This document shows, piece after piece, positions 1-13,586 of a stretch of DNA of 64,000 nucleotides. The first letter of the stretch is position 1; the number at the start of each line of letters is the position of its first letter. The translations under genes and the position numbers were made by a program. Location: NCBI RefSeq assembly GCF_009914755.1, contig NC_060928.1. One strand, 5' to 3'. The notes beneath the pieces were generated by a model that worked only from the letters and a program-made list of their open reading frames with translations, was not told where the DNA came from and ran no database searches. Source of the stretch: the human T2T-CHM13v2.0 reference genome, Homo sapiens.

Positions 1-231
1 TAGGACGAAATTACTTCCTCAAAAGCGACATAACTGCGTTGCAGCAAAAACGGCAGGAGAGTGCAGGTCTCTAAGCCCAGTCTTGGACTAGGTTCTTGAT
101 TCCAACAGTTCTCCAGTGATGCTTCCGAAGACACTGGGCTGAAAGTGAACAGTGACCCTCTTTCCCGAATGTCTATAATTTTCTCAATTTAAAATTTTTC
201 TCCTAAAAGACAATGGCTATTTTAATCTTTT

Positions 232-539
<308 letters not shown>

Positions 540-1842
540 TAATCTTTTAGTGACCTCTGCCATTTTTCTTTTCAAGAACAAGATGAATGAGCAAATGTAA
601 ACATTTTAAAATTAACTTGGAAGGGCTTTGACAGATTTCATTTCTCATGGACATATGCTTGTGACTGTTTCAATATTGCAGGCATACACTAGCATCATTT
701 TCTTTTAGCAGAATTGCTTGGTGCTCCTGTAATAGAATGAAGTGTAATAGTGTGCAAACATTCACAACTTCCATGTGCTCTAAAACCTAAACAAGTTTGA
801 ACCCACAAGTCACTTTGTAAGGCACATCCAGGCTCGTTGAGATTCTAACTGGTGGAAATAGTTGAAAGTATATTTGTCACTTACACCTTGCCTATATCCA
901 AGAAGGATTTGAGTCTTCCTCCAACAAGAATGCATCCAAGCCAGTCTAAAACTGTCCTCCATAAAATAGGGAAATACACTTTGGGAATTTCATAAGCTAA
1001 ACACTATTTCCACATTGGTCACCATGGTGAACACAAATAAGCAAAATCGACTGAATGGTAACAAGGCAGGGAGAGAACGTGCTTCCTATAGGATTTGATC
1101 TGCTGCTTATTCTGATCAAAGTGGAAACTGTAAAGGTTGGTTGGAGCGGATAGCCCAATGCCTGCCCAGTAACAGGGCTGCAGGAATTAACACGGTGGAC
1201 GAGGGAAGGTACAGACCATTTTCGGTGGCTAAATGAGAAATAATACTAAGCGATAGGATATCCTGTATGTTTAGATTACTTGCCTCTGAAAACGAGCTCT
1301 AATTCTTTTTCAGAACAAGTATTGGGAACAAACTGTGGATATTTAATCACTTAAGGGTACTTTCTTCTGGGAAAATCGCTCACTCTTAATTTTTCAGTTG
1401 AGTTAGACAAGGGCTAATTGCAAGAGGATTAAAACCTTGAAAACTGCTTTGTTCAGCTTATTGTTTCAGGTTTCCCTTTGGAGTGTGGATGATGTGTTTA
1501 TTTGACATAATGAATACCACCATCCGCTTTGTTCCGGGAACCAAAAGGCTATGTGCTTGCCCAAGGAATTTCTCAGTTGTTTATATGTAAGGAAACACTG
1601 CTCTGTGTTATTGGATGGGACCATTACAGCTCTTTCTTAAATAGGGAATGCAGAGAGCCGTGCTTTCCTCACTCACATCTGAGCAGAGAAACCAGAAAAT
1701 AGCCTTCAGCACTCCAAATGCCTGCTTGTTTTCAACACAAGAGAGCAAAGGGAACATTTATTGAAAATGTGTGTTCTTCGCTTAGGAACCCAGAGCTTTA
1801 CTTTGTGTTATTGGCACATCTACTTAGACCTATGTTATATGT

Positions 1843-1851
<9 letters not shown>

Positions 1852-1882
<31 letters not shown>
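1852..1882. repeat. (TA)n microsatellite
   Basis: About 15 TA units. Confidence 0.95.
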
Positions 1883-1885
<3 letters not shown>

Positions 1886-2149
1886 TTAAGTATTAGATTG
1901 GAGTGCTTGGCATGAATCATAGATTAGAGAACATTGACAACTAACCAGATAGTGAACTCTGCCTCTATCAGCCAAATCTAACTGCCAAAACACTGAGGAA
2001 TAAAGTAACCACTAATTAAGCAGCCTAGAGTTTTGTTTTTGGGTTTTTTTTGGTGGTGGTTGTTTTTAATACATACCCTGCCATAGGATGAGGGCAATTG
2101 TGTGAAATACATGCTTTGCGGTGACTTCCAGTGATGCAACATAGCAGTC

Positions 2150-2281
2150 TTTTTAAACAGCTGAAAACTCTCTGGTCCTTTATGGTTTCCAAAAGGTACT
2201 CCTTAAATGGGCATAACTGATGGGGGATTGGCTAGTGAGCTACAGAGAAGGCTGAGTCAGAGTGACCTGTTGGAGCTAGCC

Positions 2282-2332
<51 letters not shown>

Positions 2333-2510
2333 AAAGGGGGAGCCGTGGGCAAGGGGCGGGGGTGAAGGGAGGCTGCAAGCTTGGCAGAATGTTTGAACAA
2401 GACAAAGAGCAGTTCCAGCGACCAAATAAGGAAGTGAGTGCTGAAGTATTTCAGAATAGAAGTGTGTCAGGGACTCAAGGCAATTGCGGAGAGTAAAAAT
2501 AGGCAAAGAA
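2150..2510. promoter_or_regulatory. Candidate SRF/muscle enhancer or promoter module
   Basis: Perfect CArG boxes CCTTAAATGG 2201-2210 and CCAAATAAGG 2422-2431, E-box CAGCTG 2158-2163, AP-1 TGAGTCA 2253-2259, GC box GGGGCGGGG 2353-2361, MEF2-like GTAAAAATAG 2493-2502. Confidence 0.55.
2284..2329. repeat. (GT)23 microsatellite
   Basis: Perfect GT run between the two CArG boxes. Confidence 0.97.
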
Positions 2511-3771
2511 GAAAGGGCAAAGGATTTTTGTTTTACTTGTTCCACAAAATAAACAGGGAAAGAAGTATCTCTGGTCTTTCAGCTGGAGTGAGAAAAACAG
2601 ATCGTATCTATCCCTTTCTGTTGGCTTTTTATAGACATGTGTCTGAAGAGATGTTTAGAAGCTCTTTCAGTGGCAATGGCAATAATAAGCATGCTTTTGT
2701 TAAAGACAGAAAAACGCAAGTTGTGCATTAGACGCACCATCACATTCCCTTTATGTGTAATGCATGAAACTTTTAGCCCAAGATGATGGAAGTTTCCAAG
2801 AACCAACAGAAATATCTGGAAACCCATTTTCAGACATGTCCTGAACACTGAATTATAACTGTATCCTTTGAGAAAAATCTTACCTCTTAACAAGCCAGTT
2901 AAATGTCCATTAGATACAGTGTCTAACTTAAATATGTTGATAGTTACTGAAAAAGATGTCAAAAGAGGCAAATTACGCAAAGAAACTGTCAGTACTTGTT
3001 TTAATCTTCTCAATACCATCTCCCCAACTCTCCAGAGTGGCCAATAATATGTCACTGATCCTATGGATAAATGCTGCTCTTATTTTGATACTTTTTTTGC
3101 AGTACGGGTGGAAGAGAACAAAGATTTGGAAGGAGAATTTCAGATACTCCTAAACATAATTTGAAACAACCTTTTTTTGTCCTACAAAACCAACATTGAG
3201 AAATTATTTCTATTAACCAAGAAATCAATTTACTTATGTCTGCAACTAGGAATAAATAGAAGACATTCATCCTGGGTAAGACTTTTGAAAGCCCTCAATA
3301 ACTAAATTGTTGGCAACTCTAGGATTGGCAATTGAACAAATCTATCCTTCTGTTCTCATGCAAAATACAAAATTGGACAGCCCACACTTGAATCAGAAAC
3401 TACCAGAACCTGCCCAGAAGAGTTTGGGTAGAGAGCTAAACTGGAGTGCAAAATAGGGAACACACAAAGATTGACCACGGCATGTAGATGATCTTACAAT
3501 GTAGTGTATTCTGGCTCCAAAAATAACCTGCCCCCCACTTAAACTGAAATATAAACTCTATTGAATAAGCTACCTTGATCATGCTTCAAGAAAATGTTAG
3601 GCTTATGACAAAATGTTTATTATCACAAACAAAGAAAAAATTAAAATGAGACACAGTGTTATGCCCACGAATAGTCATTTTAATGACCAAGCTCCATCCT
3701 ACCAATGCTTCCCTAGTTGACTTTTTTTTTTTTAAGCAATTTAACAATAGATGTCAAGAGCAGGGAAAAAA

Positions 3772-4056
3772 GGCTGGGTGTGCTGGCTCACGCCTGTAAT
3801 CCCAGCACTTTGGGAGGCTGAGGCAGGAGGATCACTTGAGCCCAGGAGTTGGAGACCAGGCTGGGCAATATAATGGGACTCCATCTCTACAAAAAAATAT
3901 TTCGAAAAAGCCAGACGTGGCGGTGCACACCTGTAGTCTTATCTACTTGAGAGGATGGCTTGGGCCCAGGAGGTCAAGACTGTGTGAGCCATGATTATAC
4001 CATGTACTCCAGCCTGGACAACAGAGTGAGACCCTGTCTCAAATAAATAAATAAAT
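3772..4056 (+). mobile_element. Alu (AluJ-type)
   Basis: ggctgggtgtgctggctcacgcctgtaatcccagc...gaccctgtctc followed by a (TAAA)n tail. Confidence 0.93.
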
Positions 4057-4069
4057 AGTGGTAAAAAGA

Positions 4070-4480
4070 GTATTTGACTTCAAAATCATACTTCTCAGTA
4101 TTTGCCCTGAGGAAGTAACTCAAAATGGGAAAAGAAATGTATAAGCCTGAAGATGTTTAGTATAGCATATTTTTTATAATTTCAAAACAAAAAATTTAGA
4201 AGTCAAATACACAGAATATTCTCTTATCTCAACAATGCAATATTATGCAGCAATTAAAACTGGTAATGATTAAGCCTATGAAGGCAAAAAATGTTTATGA
4301 TAAATGATACAATAATGACGAAAAGTTACCTTGTAAAATTACACACTATCTGTATAGCTATGTTTTGAGGACTAGAAAAGAACATGGTGAAATAGTGCTA
4401 GTGTGTTATACATACATAGAGGTAGATTTTTTGTCATCTTTATTTTGTGTTTTTCAATAATAAATGCCTTTCAAAAAAAG
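4070..4480 (+). mobile_element. Ancient L1M(E)-type 3' fragment
   Basis: Degenerate L1 3' motifs (tttgacttcaaaatcatacttctcagtattt; gatgttt...gcatatttttataat; aatattatgcagcaattaaaa). Confidence 0.5.
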
Positions 4481-4781
4481 ATGATGATGAACAAGCTTAC
4501 AGGCAAGAGGCAGGATTCCAGAGTCAGAAAGAACTGAGGCTTCAGAGTTTACCTATCCAGCAAATATAAGTCACAAAGTTTTGTGTAGCTAGTTAGTGAT
4601 GTTGTAATAGACTTTGCCATTTACAGAACTGTTTTACTTACTGATTTGACTTGTCAATTATTTAAAAATAGCAAAGCTAGCAAAAATAGCAAAATGTCAA
4701 TTATTTAAAAATAGCAAGTGTAATTCTTTTGTGAGAAAAACAATCACCCACAAAAATGTAACTGCAGAGGCTCCGAGACCA

Positions 4782-4783
<2 letters not shown>

Positions 4784-4815
<32 letters not shown>
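4784..4815. repeat. (TG)16 microsatellite
   Basis: Perfect TG run. Confidence 0.95.
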
Positions 4816-4816
<1 letters not shown>

Positions 4817-5644
4817 TTCCTCCGGTATAGCTGTGAATAATGTGAGGTAACCAGAGACTGGCAGAGTCAGCCCAGGATTAAACACCGTCATCAGCAGCAC
4901 CCCAGTTTAAAGAGAAGATTCAGAGCACCTGCATCAGGATCTCCTTCTAAAGCCCTGAATGGCAATTGGGAGCCAATCCTGACATTGAGATCACATAATA
5001 AACTGTTCTCACAAAGAGCAGTTCATTTAATCTTTCCATGCTTTTGTTTTGGTGACCCCGCTACTGCTGGGAGTAATTATAAAGAACTCCAAATGATTAG
5101 AAAGCATTTTGCATAAATCAGCTTGTTTGAATTATTGCATTTCCAGGGAAAATTAATTGCGACTTAGAACAATGCAGAAATTATTTACACACCCAGGTGT
5201 CAAAAAGCAGAGGAGAAGCAAAGAAGTAAATGTATATTTATAGAATTTCCTGTGATGGCTTATAATAACTATTGAGTAATCATAGAATGTTAAATGTAAT
5301 CTCATCCAACCCTCTATAGTGGAGATTTGAAAATGGAGACACAGGACTCGAAGTGAATCGTGCAGGGTCTCATAAAGAGTTAATGCCAGAGCCAACTCCT
5401 TTGTTGAAAATAGTAGTTAAATCCTTAATGGCTGTTCTCTAGAGCTCTACTTGCTGCCTTTGCCTTCTTGCCCCTCTCCTGTGGCGAACTTAAACAGTAC
5501 TTCCATCAGTCTTACTTCGAAAGACTTAAGAGTTTGAAGGAGCTCTAGACAATTTATAGTCTTGTCTTAGGCAAGGTGATTCTGCTTCATCTAGTTACTT
5601 ATTTAGAATGTTAACTCCTTAGTGGCAGAAGTCATGTTTCTCAG

Positions 5645-5825
5645 TAATAACTAAACTTATTGGCAGCAATGCCATGTGCGCCGTGCCAAATGCTTTCCAA
5701 AGTCTCGTTGAATCCTTGCAGCAATTAATCAGGTGTGCAGTGCTATTATTCTCATTTTACTAGAGGAGGAAACTGAGGCACAGAGAGGTTAAATAACTTC
5801 CCCAAAGCCTTACACCTAGCAGTGG
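5645..5825 (-). mobile_element. MIR, interrupted at 5826 by a duplicated segment
   Basis: MIR core attctcattttactagaggaggaaactgaggcacagagaggttaaataacttccc. Confidence 0.85.
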
Positions 5826-7045
5826 AATATTATGCAGCAATTAAAACTAGTAACAATTAAGCCTATGAAGGCAAGAATGTTTATGATAAATGATAAAATA
5901 ATAGTTACCTTGTGAAACTGCAAGCTATTTGTATAGCTATGCTTTGAGGACTAGAAAAGAACATGGAGAAATAGTGCCAGTTATGCATATGGATACATAT
6001 GCATCACAAGTGCGTATGTTGAGATTTAGACAAAGTATCAGCCTTGGGATTTACACCCAAAGCATGAGCTCTTAAGCATGAACTTGCATTACTTCAGTAG
6101 GTGTTCAGTGAAAGTTTTTGAAAATACACCTAAAGTATCCCAAGCAGATGACAATTCTCTTGACTATGACCAAAGGTATGAGGAAGAACTTCTACTTTGA
6201 GTAAATAAAATGATGGGCTTCCAGAAGCCAGGTATCCAGGTGATAATTTTTCTATTTGAATATGAGAATGATAGTTACACAAATAACTCCAAAAATTACC
6301 TGCATCAGTGAAAATTTGGAGGACAGACATATATAAATTTTGCAATGTTGTATGTCATACCAGTGAAGGAATCTAATGATACTATTATTTATTAAGTGAG
6401 GATCGCAATAAGAGTTATTGAGTAATCAATGTCTCTGTATTTCTTTGGGTTATGATTCCTGTCACATCAGTATGGAAAAAGATTTAGCAAGTCGCATGCT
6501 TTGCTTGTCCACAACATCCAAGCTCCAAATGTCGCAGACATAAAGATATGCCCAGAGTAATCTACTCTGTAACTCACAGTGAGGGTATTTAGTTGAATCT
6601 CCATATAAAGGAATGATTTGAAGGAATTATCTTTACCTAATCCATCCTCCTCCCCAAAGTAGTGGAAAATAGACTCAATTATTTCACCTGAAGTTAAATT
6701 TGCATGTGTGAAAGTGTATGTTTATGAAACAAATAGTGCTAAGCATGACATTAGAAATGGAAATCCTAAGTCCTCTGCAAAACATTATCTGATGAGTTGA
6801 TTACGTATTTGTTCTCTACTTATTTCATCTTACCTTAAAACCATGGGATACTAAGGTATTTTTTTTTTCATCATTCATCCCCTTTGGTAAAATATCAAGT
6901 ATATGTATGTGTGTGTATGCAGATATGGGTATATATATGTATGTACAAATATATACATGTTTAATGTATTATTACACATACAGATATACACAAAGAGAGA
7001 AAAATTTGAAGAATTAGATGAATATACGTATAAAGAGAAGTTTTA

Positions 7046-7353
<308 letters not shown>

Positions 7354-8427
7354 GTTTTAGTATTTTTTTTCTCATCTCTCAATAGACTGTTGTTGAAGCC
7401 CACTGCTCTGTATAATACCCCAACACCCATTTGAAGAGTTGCTGAAAGTTCTGTGCCAGGCCATGGTGGGCTGGCCTGAGGCCTGATCCCAGAACCCTCC
7501 AGCTGAAAGGAATGTTAGAGCTCAGCCATCCAGCCCCTCTGCAGAACACATGGGGAAACTAAGAGAGTATGAGAATTTTGTCTCAAGACCTCATTTCCAA
7601 GAGGACTCAGGACCTGATGAGGTCTTTGTTATATTTAAAGTCTAAATAGCTGTGTGATAATAATGAACCTAGCTTAGGAATTGTTTTACATACTAGAGCT
7701 TTTGTTTGGTTTTAGATTTTTTTCTTTTTGGGGAGGGGGTGGGGTGGGGAGGGGAGGCAGGTAGCAAAGTACTCTTCACCACAAAGAAGTTGAAATTGAA
7801 AAGGAAATCTGTAGGCACTTAAATGAAAAGCAGGGCATTTTGCTGATGAGGTCAAATGATACTGATCAATGGGAAGCTCTGGGAGAGGTGGCTGTGTAAA
7901 GGAGAGACTGGGTGACCCAGGGAAGTGTCCGGAGCTGAATGAGAAGTTGGAATCACATATTCCTATGTTGCAGCCTTCAACCTGATACTAACTCATTCTT
8001 CAGACACGGAGTCCAACTTCCAAGTGCTTCAGGGATTTTTGTTAAGCCTTTTAAGGGTATCCAAATGAATTAACTATTGTGTTTCACCAACGCTCTAGTA
8101 ATTCACTTTCAGTGGGCGGTTTTATTTTCCCAGATGTGCAGATTGTTCACCATGGAGCTATGAGTAATTAACTCATAAAAGAAATGTCCAGATGAATGAA
8201 CAACTGCAAAGCACCTGTTGTCAACAGCTGATTTTTGTCTCCGCGCTTTGATTATGAAGAGCTTGAGAATACTGGAGGTTGTTTTCTTCTTCTAAAACCT
8301 TGTGACACCTGCTGATTTAGGTTCACATAGAATACAATGGTAAATAGAGAATAGGTGGTAGAGCTTGTCTTTATATCTAATGAAAGAAAAGTGTCAAAGT
8401 TTCAGATGAATGTCAGATACCCAAGGA

Positions 8428-8693
8428 TAGGGCTGCATTATGACTTTCATGGGCCTTAGGCACTTTTGCCTTTGTGGGTCCGTTTCTCCATTAAAAAAAA
8501 TAGAATTATATTTTATAGTTGTATTGGTATAACGATGAATGTAACCCAGGCTGGATTCATTATTATATGGTCATCATTGTTATATTTATTTATGTTCACT
8601 TTTTCCTTCTGGGTTTATTAAAATTAAAATTTTTTCTTGGGTTGCCCAAAGTGTCAGCCCTGCCCACTGAACCTAATGAATAAATTGGCCCTG
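8428..8693. mobile_element. Non-autonomous hAT (Tip100-like) DNA transposon
   Basis: Termini (t)agggctg...ggccctg resemble CAGGGC/GCCCTG TIRs; AT-rich interior; family not pinned down. Confidence 0.5.
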
Positions 8694-8836
8694 CCTAAGA
8701 TTATGGACAAAGAGACTTCACGGAACCATAGCTGGCCCCATCGATTTTTACTGTCACTGTAACAGAGAACACTGCTAGGCCCATTTCTTCTATTTTTCCT
8801 GATGTTGTCTCTGAACAATGAGCAGCTCAAGAATCA

Positions 8837-9154
<318 letters not shown>

Positions 9155-10200
9155 TTATGTAACACTACTTGGCCTAGAAAAGCCAGTATTTGTGTCCACT
9201 GTGCTCTGCCAGGGCTGCTTATGTAGGGGCCTTCGTTCATAATATGACAACGAAGCAGGTGACTGAATCAAAAATTAATTCCTCCATGATGCTAAAAGAC
9301 TGTGTCTGTGTTCTCCAAAATGGAGTCAGTTTGTGAAGAGAATTTTTGTCAGACCAGTTTATTCATTGCTACACAAAGTTTTCTTAAGTGACATGCAGTG
9401 GGCAAACAAGGGAACAATGACACCAAAGTTATGTCAAGCTTGTACTTGTACCACCCACAAATGAAGATGGAATAATAATGTTGCCACCTATAAGCTAATG
9501 AACAAAATGCAACAATGGGCCCAAACATGCATATACCCATTGCCAATAAATTAATCTCTAATGAGACTTTTGCTAAAATTGAGGTAATGATTTACAGAAG
9601 GCCTGGCTTTTAAAGAGGCCTGAATTTAGTCTTTATTTATGGTTGCCGTATTTTCTTTTCACTTGCATTGAAAACTTTACTTTCAAAATCTTACTTTGTC
9701 AACTTTGTCCAGAAATACATTTTTTTATTTTTTTATTTTTTTACCAATCCTCTTAAGTGAATACTTTTTAAATGATATTCTAAACTCTTATTTCTCTCAG
9801 TGCAGTCTTCTCTCTGAACTCTTTTCATGAGCCATATCTTATTAAAATCCATTATATATTGTAAAAGAAATAGCCATTGGAAAATATTCATAGGCCACCA
9901 GTTCCTTTGAACATAGCAGATTGAACCAAAGTTTAATTTGAAACATCTTTTGATAAATCTTATAAATTGACCAAATTTTCTCAAAATCATTGAACTTTTT
10001 CTAAAGTTACTAAAAACAGACAAATATCATATACTAATACAAGAATAATGATCTTACTTCTTTGGAGCAATGGAATTATTTTTTACATTTACGACTATGG
10101 AAATCTTGGGTAAAAAAAAAATCTTAATTTTTTTTCCTTGAAATCTAGTACTTCATTGTATCAGCAGTGACCTAGTATAACTCACTTAAGGGGCCTGTAA

Positions 10201-10578
<378 letters not shown>

Positions 10579-11849
10579 TAATTGCCAATGTTACCAAATA
10601 TTCTCTCCTATGGAGCTTATGGTCTATATTCAGAGAATTTTCTAATTTTAAATACATTTATTACATTTTTATATTTAAAGAAAGTTTAATTGGAATATTT
10701 GACTTCTCCTTATTCTCTCTCTTCTCTCTCTCTTCTCATTCCATTTCCATATTGGAGTCTAGGTTTGTACATTTTATTTTGTTAAAGATATATACTGCAA
10801 AATAATCTCAATGATTCTCTTAGTAGTTGGATATCTTTGTTAGAAAACCTTTAACTTCAGCACTGAAGCAAATCATTATGTATTTGCCTAATGAGAAAAA
10901 TAAAGTACTTCAGATAACATAATCCCGTTTATTTGACGCAGAAGATTCGTGTATTGATCCAGAAGAATGGATATTCAAGTTTAAGATGTGAAGTGCTGGG
11001 TAGAAGGAGGTTTCAGAGATGACAGGTTAATCAGAGTTAGGGAAATAGACCCAATTCCCTCCTTCTTGTGATAGTCCCCTATGTATAGCCTGTCGGAGTC
11101 CATGGTTTCCTTTGAATTGACTTCATTCTTCTGAAAACGGCGCTGCAACACCCTAAGCAGCTCCATTGCTGAGAGAGTTTTACTTCCTGTATTTCTGCGA
11201 GCAACAATGGAATCATGGCTGATCTGGGTGTTTTCTAAGCACCCTGGAAATCTACATGAAATGCGACACAAGATTCCTTGTTATGGTGTCACCAGAGGTA
11301 ATATTAATAGTATTAAAAGAACAAGCTGAGGACTTTATGCATGATCTTACCCATGACTTCATGAATTGCCACTGGGATTAACGTAAAATCTGTAATCCTC
11401 GCCTAAATAGGCCATCTTTGTCTATTATCCATCACTATATATATAAGATACAACTTAAGGTTTTTCTTATGTAGGATAAGTTCAAATATTTAGTCCACTG
11501 ATAACGGTATTTCACCACTTATTCAGGAGAATCACATAAACAGGCAAATTCTCACTATGCCTCTTTAGTAATCCACATGGAATCTGTGGATGATTCCTTC
11601 AGAGCCAGCATAACTCATTTGATTTGGAAAAGGGTGCTCAATAGTGAGTCAGATTCTACTGTGGATCAAGCAGGACATGTTTAGAAGCTGCCTTAACTAT
11701 TTCAGATCAAGCAGACCTGACTATGCGCAATAAAACTTGGCAATAATCAATTGCTCCATTGGTAAAATGGAGATCTTAGGGACGGTGAATGGATGGTGAA
11801 TGCACTTTCCATAAATATGTATTTTTTACTCCAAACATATATATTCCTT

Positions 11850-12060
11850 GGAGCTTGGACTCTGGAGTTAAGGATTTACATCTCCGCTCCTCCCCTTACC
11901 AGCTCCGTGCCCTTGGGTAAGTTACCTAACCTCTCTGTGCTCACTGTCCCTGGGATGATAGTTATAGTGATACTTCTTCATGGTTTCTATAGTCAGATAA
12001 ACAGGAGAATGCATGTGACATGATTGGCATAATGCCAGCCCAAAGTAAAGTTCAGATTAT
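11850..12060 (+). mobile_element. MIR
   Basis: ggactctggag...ccttgggtaagttacctaacctctctgtgctc. Confidence 0.7.
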
Positions 12061-12149
12061 TTTTTTTACTCTGTTTTTTAATTATCTGAAACTAAATACT
12101 GTGTTTTGCAAAAACAAAATTAAAAGGCAAAAACAAACAAACAAAAACC

Positions 12150-12350
12150 AGCTCCCCACCTGCTACATACCAAACAGTATGTTAGGTACTGCAATGGCAG
12201 CATCGCACTGTGTCTTTTCAACAGCAGTCCAGGGTAAATACCTTAACCTCCACTTTACAAATGAGAAAACAAAACCTTTGTGATTTCAAGGTCATGGAAA
12301 CAGTGGAACTGACCCCACTCTGTCCAGCTCCAAAGGCCATGCTCTTTTCA
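12150..12350 (-). mobile_element. MIR
   Basis: ctccactttacaaatgagaaaac...caaggtcatg...tccagctccaaaggccatgctctt. Confidence 0.6.
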
Positions 12351-13183
12351 GGACATGCCTTCACTAGATGATCTCTTCAGCCCCCTCCCGACTCTGATTT
12401 CGAGTCCTCTGGAATTGTCTCGGATGTTCAAGGCTTACCTCACTCTCATAAGCTCAGCCTGTTTTTTGTTTATCGTAGCGTGGCCTTTCTTTACATTCCA
12501 ACTGCAGACCTGGTTGTCATTCTCCCTGTGACATAGCATTTGATGTCCACTGGGTTCTAGTTATGTCTATATAAGTACAAACAGTCCCATTTCTTTTTTC
12601 CCGATCCATTCTCCCTTATCTTAATAAAAAGTTGTGAACAAACCAAAGAGCCATAAAGTTATCTTTACCAATAGGATAGATGAATTTGTTTTCATGTTCA
12701 AAGTATGAGTTGTCCTCGGAGGGGTGCCCTTTCCCTCCTCCCCTACTAGTCTGTCTTCATGATCAGATAATGCATGAGGCTGAGCCTCTTTAGAATACCC
12801 ACATTTTGGTTTTTTAAAGTTTCTCACTTTTGTTAAAATAATTACTAGTTGTTGATATGGAGACAAATGTGTTTTGTATAAAATGTTACACTTAATTACA
12901 GAGTCCAAATTCAAAATAGTCCAAGATTGTTAAAAGTTGCTTATTCTTAAAAATGAATGGACTAAAAGCTGATCTTAAGCATTCTACTCTCAGAAACATT
13001 TTCCCAAACATAACATTACTATGAAGCAATATCAGGTAAAATCTATAATTAATCTGTTATTTCCTTAGTCTTGTTCTTGTTTGATAAATGTAGTTGGGAG
13101 CCCTTGCAAAGGTAGCAAGTACAATAGAAGAAACAGGCCATTCAGGCAAGATTCTGTGACTCTAAAAAATATAGTAAGAGCTA

Positions 13184-13586
<403 letters not shown>

